Source: Amoebophrya sp. A120 (taxonomy: Eukaryota; Protista; Dinoflagellata). Taken from it: a DNA stretch of 64,000 bases. The stretch covers positions 8,538,799-8,602,798 of the forward strand of contig CAJINV010000003.1 of assembly GCA_905178155.1 (NCBI GenBank), given 5' to 3'. Shown here in pieces: positions 1-11,229 of this stretch. Made by a program: the position numbers and the translations under genes. The stretch's first letter is position 1. Every line of letters starts with the position of its first letter. The notes beneath the pieces are model-generated. The model worked only from the letters and a program-made list of their open reading frames with translations, did not search any database and was not told the DNA's origin.

Positions 1-800
1 TGTGCGGGAGAGCGAGATCATGATCAAGCTCATTCTTTCTGTGATGCAGCTGAAGAAAACTCAAGGTCAAGTAGTATAGATAAAGTGCAAGTGGAACAGC
101 GATAAATGCAAGCAAGTCATCTGATCGGGGGCGAGATCTTCGGTAGCCATCAAAGGAAACTTCTTACTTTTGCCTCTCAGCGCCGGTCTGTTCGAGTTAC
201 ACTACACAACTACAACGACTCGTCCCACCGAAGCTGCGCTTCTAAAGAAGTAAAAACGCACATACCATAGCGCAGACTGGCGGAGGAAGAGCTGCTGAAG
301 TATTGAAAAAAATATTTGCGGCCACGAGTGCATTTTCAAAGTTTTTGCGAGACGTAATTGCTTCCGCGGAGAGGACATGCGCTTTTTCTTTTTGTTTTTC
401 TTTTTGCATCGCGCTTCCGAAAAATAAAAAACTATTTGTGAACACGGACGGACAAGTAGTCACTCGATGAGACTGCGGCAAAGATCTGCTCCTTTGCTAT
501 CCGAGATCTGAAGGCTCTTCAAGCTGCCGTTTATTGTCAATGCGCACGTCGATAATGGATAGTACTTGACTTGATCATAATGTCGTCTTCAACGCTCAAG
601 AATAATACCAACAGGACGACCAACGCACTGACACAGGGTGTCTGACGTGTGCCGCGCTTTTCTGTTCCTCATATTTTCGATGTGGACGCCGCACTATCTA
701 CATATAATTTGAAAAACTCCTTTACTTGACAAACGTCGCGAATTCAAATAATGCCCGCTGAGTCACTGCCTCGCCACTTGTCAACGCTCCAGCGCCAGCC

Positions 801-1086
801 TTATGCGCTGCAAACATGTCTGAGTCTGGCGGGATCAAAAATGTGACGCAGAGAGATGCTGGAAAAAAAAGTCCGCGTTGGTCTTGCATAGCAGGCAGCA
901 AAAGATGCGAGCTCTTTGTCTCCAGGAGGGGACATTGCTTACGCAGACTACTAGGAATAGAGAAGCATCATGTGTCATGCTCGCTGAGCATTGCAGACTT
1001 GTTTCATGCAGCAGATGGTGCAAAAGCTGCGTGACAGGTGTCTGCTTTTTATTTCTTCCAGAACCAAACATCTTTGCATTTGATAA
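801..1086 (-). mobile_element. Introner-like TIR element (about 30-bp degenerate TIRs), same family as 39188-39461
   Basis: The minus-strand end TTATCAAATGCAAAGATGTTTGGTTCTGGAAGA closely matches the 39461 end TTATCAAATGCAAAACTGTCTGGGTCTGGAAGA. The degenerate left arm ttatgcgctgcaaacatgtctgagtctgg starts at 801. Flanks are gcc and gct. Removal joins ...VFVLGRGS|WRWSVDK in frame. Confidence 0.7.
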
Positions 1087-1479
1087 GCTTCCTCTGCCCA
1101 AGACGAAGACGCTCAACTGGGGTTCACCGTCAACCACCCTATTCCGCCTATTAAGAGATTTATAAATATTGCTGTATCAAAACCTTAACCTTTAGAGGAT
1201 CAATTTGTAGCTAAGAAGCAGTGCTAGAAAGAACCACCGAAAAAACAGAGTCTCGCTGCCTCATCTGATCCCCGTCTATGACGTTCTATTAGTCGGAGTT
1301 CATGTAGTATCTGTAAACATCAAAATAGTATCTCATGCAACTCAAAAGTGGGAGGACGACCGCGGTGGATCCGCTTTTCTGCCATCAAATACGGAAATCA
1401 CTCGTTGAGTGGAAGAGATGTAAATGCGATCTCCTTGCTCTTGAGATAAATTGCCGCAAACATTTATACAAAATAGGTG

Positions 1480-4400
1480 CTATACCTCTTCCAGGAAGTC
1501 CTGGACTTCTGCCGGCGTCAGCACTCGAAAAATCCCGTCATCGCGAATTATCGGGAGGAAGAAGCTCACATTGATTCCTGACTGCAACAGCAAGACATAG
1601 CAAAAATTGTTTGCAGTCATCATGCGGTAAGTATTGTGCAAGCGGCAGCAGCTGGAATTCAAATTCATAAAAAGTAGGGCAAACATGAAAAAACGGCTCG
1701 GAAAAAATTGCGATGTGACTAAAAAGAAAGTCTGTCCTGTGCATGCCCAGTCGATGCAGTCCTGAGCTTGTGAGTTCATGGCTGATTGCTTGCATACGAA
1801 CGACGCCAACTTCTATGTTCTCGGAGGTGAGCGCCCCTTCCGCATTTTCGCGCAATGGGATTATCCAAGCAAACACAAACTGTTGAGTTCTCAAACTCAA
1901 ATTCAATTTTACCAGCGTGTACCAGTCTGATCATGCAGCGACATCTTTATAAATATCTATCATATAATTCGTCATACCTCCTCAACAGAAGCGCCAGGGC
2001 CGCCCTCGTTGCGTTTCCACTTCGTTCTACTTACATACTGTACCCTCGTCGGACAGATGACGAAGACGACGACGACGAGATAAGACTGAATATAGTAAAA
2101 TCAAAACTACAGGTGGTTGCCTCAAAATTTTGCTAGGATATTCAGGATGGCGACATGGATGGCGTCTTCGATAGGCAGATCTTCTCGGTATCGCTTCTCC
2201 AGAAAGGTTTTCATGGACTTGTAGTTTTTGCCTGTTGTGCGGTGGTTGTTAGTTCGTTTTCATTCCGTTCTTTCCGTGCTGTCGAAGCAGCGGCTTCTTT
2301 AAGTAATAATAACACGGCCAATGTGAACGTACGCTTACGCAATACTAGGTATGTGTTTGATTACGACACCGGCACAAGAAGTGGAAAAAAAGTAGAACGA
2401 ACTGAAACTGGTGCGTTCTTTTGTTGCATAAACTTTACCAATGGCGCTGGCCTTCCAACCAAAAAACGTTCCTGAAGGGTCCACTTGAAACAGCTGAGGC
2501 GACTTTGTGCTTTTGTCATACCTGATGAGAGTTAAATTAGTGACTCTGGTGGTCGTGAAGCGAGAAATCAACACTCATTGACTTAAACCAGATCTTATCT
2601 TCTGTTTCAACGACGCCGTGACCTTAACTGGATTTTCATGAAACAGAAGCTACTTTGTCCTTTTCCTCAAAAAGCCGAAGCGGGTGCAAGTCTGTGGTGC
2701 ACCCAAAATAATGAAATGATCTTCAGCACAAACACCCACGGGGAGCAAATTTCGCTTGGAGCTGCGTAACAAGTTCGCGGTCGGCCGAGGCGTTGCCGTC
2801 CAAACTCTCATCCGGCCGGCCGGGTCGGTGTGTAAAAAGTGGCACGTTTATCCGCGACCCACGCGCCCGCTGGCCGGATGGAACTTGGGAACGACCGGCC
2901 AAACCTGGCGACAATCGCCCACCTGGGGACCGCGTCGCAAGCGCAAGAAGGGTTTAATGTACTTAATTTCAATTTCTGCACATAGAGCTAGAGGAGAGCC
3001 GCCTGGGATGACGTCACAGGAGCGTTAAATACTTCAAGCATCTTTGGAAAAAGTTGGTGCATGGTCGATAGAGCTCGGGCACTCCACGGCTGTGGTTCTT
3101 GCAGAAAAAAACAGAAACCAAGCAGGAGTAGGTGGCTTGAGGCCGCTCTGCAGCGGAAGCGACCGCTTTTGGCGACCGTCTAGGTCGGAATATTTTACCA
3201 GCGCGCAAAATGAAAATGCTGCCTCGTCTGCTGCAAAGAAGTCGCACAATCTACTTCAGAAGTCGGTGGCTGTGCAGCAGGGATCTGCTCAACCCTACGC
3301 TTCTTCCTGAAGGTTCGCGGCAAAAAAAGCATAAGCACGGAAAAAAAGCACAAAGTTTTTCCTTGTGGCGCACTTAAAAACCATTGGAAGGCTTTCACCA
3401 CAGAGAAGGTTCTTTAGTGCTTTCATCTGCAGCTGTTGTGCAATTTGTCAAAGGTGGAAGAGACCCTCGCGGACCTTCAGAAGGCTTGAAAAACCAATGC
3501 CAGAACAAGGCCTGTTCAGACCTTCTGAAAATTCAGAAAGTAGCGGGTTGAATGTTGTTGCTTTTCGGACAATAGAAGAGCTGGCGCTGTCGCAAGATGC
3601 AAAATATATGACCCTCGCTTTGAACCTTCAGACGAAAAACATCCTTCAGTTTTTTTTTGAGGTTTGCAAGAGTTTCAATTTGCATTTCGATTTCATCTCA
3701 CATGTGTACATCATTCAGATTCATATATATGAAGAAATAGTTATGGTACCCTGCAACCATCATAGAGACGCCAAAGGGCCGCACGCCACCACTTTGCGTA
3801 AATTCCTGCAAAATCATCCACAAGAAATCAAAATTTACCGTACCCAGACACACACAATCTTCAACCACATTCCCTGACGGACAAGCACGAGATTCGGAAT
3901 TCATGCAGATCAAAGAAAACTTATAAACTTGAATTTCCTTTCAAGGATGATGCAGGCATAGCGTGTTCTTGCTTGTTGGCGATCATGTTTTTGTTTTTGT
4001 GCATGTCGGTGTACGGTAATATTTATCTTTGCCACGGATAATAATGTTGGCTAGCTCCCGGGTACACTGGCCACACGGGATCTCCTCTCCATAAATAGCT
4101 GTCGTTTTGGTAATATTTATTGCATATTATATTTATATAGATGTGTAGAAAATATGCATATGGCGCTGTTGTGATAGATTGCACAGATTCGGCATGTGGG
4201 CCTCCGATCGCTGACCAAGCCAAGCCTCTATTTTTCAAAACAGAACGCTATGCTTTTCTCTATGTCGTACAAAAGGCATACACATCTATCTGTTGCGTTC
4301 TTGGGAAGAGAAAGATGACCACGACGAAAAGCCAACTTTTATACATATTGATATTCAGTATCACGGCCGTCTAAGCAGTACAATCTAGATTTACAAACCC

Positions 4401-5819
4401 GATGGCACGGCCCCTATAAAGCAATAATTGTTCTCAGGCAGCCAGCACCACATAGCATGAAAATATTTATTAGGCTTGGGAATCGTAGCGCTTTGACTTC
4501 CGGGTGGGCAAAATGAAAGTGACGTGTCACTTCGCTACGTGGTGCTGCCCATATCAGATTTAATCTGATAGAGCCACTGTTTCATAATCACTACCTTCTT
4601 ATACCTCTACCAGAATGCCATAGTGATAGTACCCGTAAGATACGGAAAAGCAAAAAAAGTGACAGCGTCTACCTCTACACGTCTAAGCAACATGACTTCT
4701 AGTAGCATATACCGGTGTAATTCTGTGCCCGTTTTCTTCCCTGTCTCAAGAGAACCTTGTAGTCGGGGGCCATGCCCGCGTATACCGTGCCAACCTGTAG
4801 TTGATTTTATTGAAAGAAAAATGTGTGAAGACCGGGAATGCGAAACTAGTTGAGATTACAAAAACGGAGCAGAAAAGGATGCAGGTTTTCCCCGAGACGA
4901 GAAAATGAAACACCCTCATTAAATCGTTCCGTTGGTGGAATAATGACGAATATTATTAGCGAAGACTAAGACAGGCAGAGTGGCAATAAATAGAAATTAT
5001 AAAAAAAATCATTAATCCAATACGCCCTTGCACAGATTGTCAATTTTCTTGAACGTCTGCTGATCCATCAGGGGGGAATGTAGTCGCTTTTCCGTAGCCA
5101 ACACGACTCCATCCTTTGCCTTGATTCCGAGGGCGCTCACTCCATTTTCCACGGCTGTTATCATGAGGAAAAATTGCCCCTCCCAATATCGAAAAAAACA
5201 GAGATTGTTCATGCTGATTTCGTGATTTGTGGCGCTAACATGGGGCGCGCCAGATGGCAATTTCTCTTGCTAGGCCAATGTCCGCACCGCGAGCGCGGAG
5301 TGGTTCTTACTCATTACTACAGTTCACTCTCTTCTTTTCTAGCACGGCAGAATAATTTCGATTTATAGTATGCACAATCCGACCGTCAGAAATTGAAAGA
5401 AGTCCGTACTATTCTTTTCAACATATGGGACAGTGGGGTTTTTCATTTTGATAGCTGCCAAGGCGTATTCTATTTGAAACAGCTTGCCGCTCTGGGAGAA
5501 CGTGGTGAGAGAAAATGAATACTCGCTGTCGATTATCCGGTGTGGCAAAAATGCACGTCATTATAGCAGTCTTGGGAGTTCCACATTCCAAATTTGCATC
5601 CACGGCACAGTCGTGAGTAGCTAGTCCGCTGTGCCTGTGTCACGAATCATGCTTCTCATGCTGATTCCAGAATGCAAAGTTGTAGTTTCTTTCCACCACA
5701 AACCCGTACTTAGAGATTGGCTCTCACGGCTCATTTGAGGCATCCGGCACATGCAAGAACTCCATGACAAATATGGTATATATGAGTGCGATTTTACTGA
5801 GGATAACGATGCCCGCCAT
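1480..5819 (-). CDS. PSMA2: 20S proteasome subunit alpha type-2, 10 exons (5807-5819, 5455-5529, 5024-5154, 4713-4794, 4042-4098, 3750-3810, 2439-2521, 2142-2231, 1798-1857, 1480-1544)
   Basis: Joined exons total 717 nt (238 aa + stop): [34 protein letters not shown]...GVVLATEK...[12 protein letters not shown]...[16 protein letters not shown]...[22 protein letters not shown]...FLEKRY...ENIEVGVV...[13 protein letters not shown]. This is collinear with the known alpha-2 sequence. There are 4 GT-AG introns and 5 non-canonical introns. Confidence 0.95.
1545..1797 (-). other. Non-canonical intron 9 of PSMA2 (introner-like)
   Basis: TTC|GTATGC...CGATAA TTC|. Removal gives [12 protein letters not shown]. 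Confidence 0.8.
1858..2141 (-). other. Non-canonical intron 8 of PSMA2 (introner-like)
   Basis: TGA|ATATCC...GGATAA TCC|. Removal restores the conserved AILTLRE. Confidence 0.8.
3811..4041 (-). other. Non-canonical intron 5 of PSMA2 (introner-like)
   Basis: TTA|TTATCC...GGATGA TTT|. Removal restores the conserved Met of (I)MQEFTQSGG. Confidence 0.8.
5155..5454 (-). other. Non-canonical intron 2 of PSMA2 (introner-like)
   Basis: CAG|CTATCA...TGATAA CAG|. Removal gives YALA-AVENG. Confidence 0.85.
5530..5806 (-). other. Non-canonical intron 1 of PSMA2 (introner-like)
   Basis: TCG|TTATCC...GGATAA TCG|: a perfect 6-bp inverted repeat plus a 3-nt direct repeat. Removal gives MAGI-DSEY. Confidence 0.85.
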
Positions 5820-6699
5820 TTTGTCGTTTTCTTGTCGTCAAAATTTAACTGACACACGAAGCCCAAGTCCTTGTTCGCAAATGTTGAAGCTTCGGCGGTC
5901 GGAGTCGCTAGGGAGTCTTCTCTAATACCGCTTCAGGGTGTTAGTTTCTCCTGCTAGTGCTACTTTTGGTCGGCGACACGGTCACGCTCGCGTGGCCGGG
6001 AGATGGATGTCGTGCCTTGCAGCGAATGATGAGTAATAAAGTCTTTGCGATCCCGATCGACCGGCGACACGGGGGATTCAGTAAGTTCCTGCCAGGTTCG
6101 CGCGTCGCTGCTTATCGTTACAGTTGCTCTCGCACTCGCTATTGCCACGATAATGTATGTGTGACGTCGTCGTGATAGATACCGGAGGTTGAGAAGAGGC
6201 CGCGAAATTGAAGAAAGGCGAGCGGGGGAAGACGAAGAGGACGGGCGGCTTGTTAATTGTTCTACTGTTGCTCCAGGTACTCGTACCACTATCGCGGCGA
6301 GTGATGCGGTTTCTGATTCTTTCACGCGTCAACCAGAGCAAACCGGGAAAAATTTGTCTCGTCTATATTCAAACAAAATCTCAAGCTCAACTGAGACCGA
6401 GTCGGTATTGCCGTTTCAATTTATGATCGGAGAACTAGGTTTGCGCCCTCGGAGGTACTCCAAGCAAAACAAATCGAAACAGCCGTAATCCTTGTCCCAA
6501 GAGCGGCGGAGGTATGTAGATGTAGAAGTGGTTAACCCAAAGTAAAGATTTTGCGGCCAGCCGTGCTTCTCCAAACTGTAAGTAAACAAACCTCGTCGAA
6601 AATTTCACGTCGTCTTTCGATTCAGATTCTGAGAAATTATTCACAACCTTGTTCTAGTTCTAGTACACGTTGTTCTACCAGTGACAATAGAAGTAGCCA

Positions 6700-9600
6700 A
6701 CCACTATCCCTAATAAACTCCCTTTGTGATAAGTTATTTCTAGTACTGGCGGCTTTGATTTGCTTGAGTCGCTGAACGGAACTAAAGATTCATGGCTTGG
6801 ATATCGTGGTGATTCGTCGGAGACTCTTACTTTCAAATACAAATACAAACGAGTGCTGGAGAGCTTTTTCCAAAATAGATCCAATTTTTTGACTACCCAT
6901 GCATCCTGGTCCAGCTACAGTCTCACGTCACTATTTTTTATGATGGAAAGAGCTACATACTAATTCTAATGCGTCCGTCTCGGTGAGCGTGAGGCTAAAT
7001 TAAAAATGTCAACGATTGGACATTCATCCAAGTCTAGATCTTCACAAAAATCACCGCACACATGCTGAATGTCTACAGTGAAGGTGTCATATTTTGTTTT
7101 TACATTCTCGTTCCTGGTGTTGTGGATCCAAGTTTGCGTCATGCTCTGGCGTTGGATCAGGGCGGCCGAGGAGCCGCTGCCACGGCAATCGCGCCAAAAA
7201 CAACATTGCATGTAATTCGTGATCGTGATCAGAGGGTTGCATTGAACACCAGCAAGTTCTGTCTCGCAATAATACTGATTGAGATTCTCATCTCGACTAT
7301 GTATCATAATCATAGGCTTCAACATTCGAGTTGCGCCGTCGATGATCTTCATACGGCGACTCTTGTATGTTCCAATTTTTCCTTGTTGAATATCGATGTG
7401 ACTTCATTAGTGTAGCCATTTTCTCCCGAGCTTAATCTTTTTGCCTTACGCAAATTATCATACATATCGATACTACTCAGGAGCAACTTCATCAGCAATG
7501 TGCGTCAGTTAGTCAGGAGCAGTCACTTTGCAGGAGCTGCTGGGCACAAGGTGAAGCTCAGGAGACAGCGGGAGTGCTACGACTATAATAATACAAGACT
7601 GAGCCTGTCCGTCTCCGTTGTTCGTGCCTCTGAAAGCTTTTCTGGCGCCCGCAACTACGAAGGAATACAGTTTCCACGAAATACGCTGCGAAGTTACGAT
7701 TTCCGCCTTTATTACCGGTGAAAACGGGAGCCCGTGTCGGCATCGCTTGCTCTCCGTCCTCAAAAAGCTGTTGTCGCGCGACGTGTCAACTCCTTCTGTT
7801 GCAGAAGTGGCTCGATCTACTCCGTGCGTATGTTTCTTTTCTTTTATTTGAGGATGAATAATCTTGATCTAGTTAGAAACATCAAGGGCACGACCAGGCG
7901 ACATCAGGTCGTGGAGCCTCTTCGTCTCTTGTTACAGTACCTGTGCAGGCTCAGGCAGTGCAGCGACTAGATTTAGTCAAAGAATTCCGGCTGTGCGGCA
8001 GCGCGGGCCTTGCAGTTGTCTTCGCAGTAGCCCTTGGTTTCGCGACGGAAGACAGAGTAGACATCCTTCAGGTCCAGCCTCTGTGTCTGCAGGCGTTGCA
8101 CTGCGGCCGGATCTTTGTTTATCTTCTCGAACTTCTTGCTGACAGCGTCGATTATGCAACATGGGAAACGAGTTATCATCATTTTTCAGAAGTTCTGTGA
8201 GTATATTCGTTCCTTGACATGACCTGTGAATACTACAAATGATATAGCTTCGGCTCATATTCTTATTCGCACTAATTTCTTGGATTGGTCTGGATTGGTT
8301 TATCTCTCAAAACATGTTGGCTTTCGCGCGGTGACGAGTCACAAGCGATGTGATACTCGTCGATAAAACAGAGCAGTTCAGATAAAGTTGTCCCTGTACG
8401 TACTTTTGCTGTACATCTGCCTTTTTCCTTTTGTCATGAGTCTGAATCTATATCACAAGCCCGTGATTCATAAGATTTCTACTTCATATCGACAAGCCCT
8501 GGTGTGGAGCGCGAATCCGATGCCGTCCTCAAACGTGGAGGAGTTTGACTCGGACACGCAAGCACAGGCGGCCAAAAAATGATGATGATGTCTCGCTTCG
8601 TTTTCATAACCAGCAGTGCCGGCACGATCTCTGCCTTGTCCTGCTTCGGCCGCTCTGCGGGGGTGTCGGCGGACGTGTCCGGGTTCCAGTCCGGAGTAAG
8701 GGCCTTGTCCGTGATCCGGTCCAGTAAAAACAGGTAGGTGATTGTGTCCGCAATCTTACCCTCGCCCTTGTCCGCGGCCTCGGCGTTGATCACGGTGCCG
8801 TCCGTGTAAGTGATTTGGTCGACTGGTGTATCTGGCGAGACGCTGTACACAGCAGAACGACTTGCTCGCTTGTATTCGCTGCGGTCTCCGCTTTCACCGT
8901 CCTTGAAATATCGACTCTTGTCCCACTCCAGCTGTTGTGAAAAAGTGGCTTTTGTTGTTCGGGAGATGATCACAGTCATATGCGCAGAGCAGCCGACTAC
9001 AACTCTATAAATATCTAGACAAAAGAACGTACACGTAGAGAATCGGATCGAGGACCTACCATCCTTTCCTCGTCATCCTTTTCACAAAGTCATTAAAAGA
9101 AGAGAGTCTGTCTCTGTACTGCGGAAACGAGGCTTTCCTTGTAGTCCTTCCACTTAGGCAGAAGGTTGGAGATTCGCCGGTCCTGATATGTAGAGCCGAG
9201 ATCAAAAAGGCTCGCCGGCTGCGGCGGCGTCGCCAAGGTCAGGCCGGCTGTTTATCGCAATGAAAAGCCATCACTGCTGCCTCAGAGAAAAGCATTGCTT
9301 GCACTGCGTAGGACGTAGAACAGTTGGTTACCAACTTGCGGAGAGCACACGCACATATAAGCAAGAGTCTGTGCTGCTACAGGGCGCCTTTGTAAGTACA
9401 TGCGGACTTTATCATCTCGTAAATAAGCCTGTAGCTCCTCGGCTGCCCAACTTCAAAATTCTAGGTAGCGCGTCGTGGCTTTCGGCGCTATCATGCTGCA
9501 CAGCGTTCCTATAAATGTCTAATTTATAATGATCAGCGCATTTCTCGAAGATCATTGCAATAGCAATACAAATCACATTTGCAAGCAATGTTCATCCTGG

Positions 9601-9790
9601 GGGCGCGGCGGTGTCCATTCTGATACAACTGCCCCCATCGATATTAGGTTTCCATGCACGGCAGGATTCCACGCAACCTTTTGGAAAGGTGCGTTCGCAG
9701 GCTGTTGCCAGGGTCCAGCCGTATATCCGCCGACCTGTGCAGTCGATGTTTTTGGTTTGTTAAAAATACGGCCTCGGAGGTAGAAGTAAT
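6700..9790 (-). CDS. Hypothetical multi-exon protein(s), partly Cys-rich; boundaries approximate
   Basis: Protein-like minus-strand ORF segments at 9573-9790, 8590-8979, 7980-8165, 7010-7350 and 6770-6920 separated by AT-rich spacers. No family recognised. Confidence 0.45.
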
Positions 9791-11229
9791 CACATTCGAT
9801 AAGCACCATCATAATTTCCGAGGGTGGCTACATTTTTTGTACAGTGCCAGTGGTAAAAATGGTAAAGGCCTTCGAAGAACTTCGTCGATATATTATCGGC
9901 CAGCAAGTAGAACCGAGCCGAGTAGATTAGTTTGCTATTGCGTAAGTTTGTACCTGTACGGCAGGGTCCTGAACGGTCTCTTGCGGCCCCCAGGTCCGGT
10001 ACTGGAGAATGCCCTCCGGGTAAAACAAGCCGAGAACCATAGCCGCGAGGCCAAACAGACTGAAGAGCCAGTACTTGAGAACGCCCTTGCCGCTCCAGTA
10101 CGATGGCAGCTCTTCCTATGGAAGCGAAAATAAGCTCTGCCCCAGGGTCAGATCGTAGCGGGATGCGGGTATGAATGACGTCAGTGCGATTCATTGTGAT
10201 GGGCGTAACTCATACTCAAGAACGAGTCCTGGCTCGTCATGCTTCCGCTGTGTACCAAAATACAACATCGGCCACACCGACGCTTCTGACGACACAGCTT
10301 CTTGTGTTTCCGAATGCAAAAAAACCGCAGCGAACTGATACTGGGGCTTGTTCGACCTTTTTTGGTTTTCATAACTCCACCAGTTCGAGGCCAATCAGCG
10401 CTGGAAAAAAAGCCAGAAAGAAAAACGCACTGATTGCGCCGGAAACGTTGTCCCAGGAAAAACCTCGCGCGTCCACCCCCAGACATGAGCACAAGCGACA
10501 TGAAACAGCTCCTGCAGCACAAGATAAAATTGCCATGGCAGCCTGCCTCGAAGGAACTTTAATTTTATGTACAACCACACCACATAGAGATAGAACTCCA
10601 GCTACTTCATTCTACTACGTAAAATTTTACTCAATATGGCGGGGTCCCTTCGGAATTTTGTGCAAAAAACACTCAAAAGAAGCAAGCTTGTGAGGTTCGT
10701 CGTGTGTTTCTTTTGGTTCAGTCCTCGCATTCTTCATATACAGCCGCGAGGCAATTCATGACATACTTCGTTCTGCCGAGGATGTCTATCCGCATGCTTG
10801 CAAGTCCCGTACCCAGACACGGACACAGAGATCCCACTGCCATCATGTGGGAGTGGTCGCACGGAGGAGGTTTTTGCAGTGATACACGTTATTTAGAAAA
10901 TCCAACTCCCAACCCATAGTCGCGCAAACCACCGCCAATGCCCAGGCTGCGATCACGGGCCCAATCTGTTGTAAATATGTCAATAAACCACGTCTCAACA
11001 TTTTCCTGCCAAGAACAATAAACTCTGGATTGTTTTTCCACGACGGAGGATAAATATCGCAGCTGCAACAACTAGACCGAGTCGACAGTAGCATTCATAA
11101 TTTTCGCAGTTCGTGCCTACACTTTGTGCGGCGAATCCGGATGTAATATATATAAAATCATCTTCATCTGTGACCAAGGGAATATTTGAAAGATCTCGAT
11201 CGAGGAAGGTGGAAGTAAGAGTTGATGTC

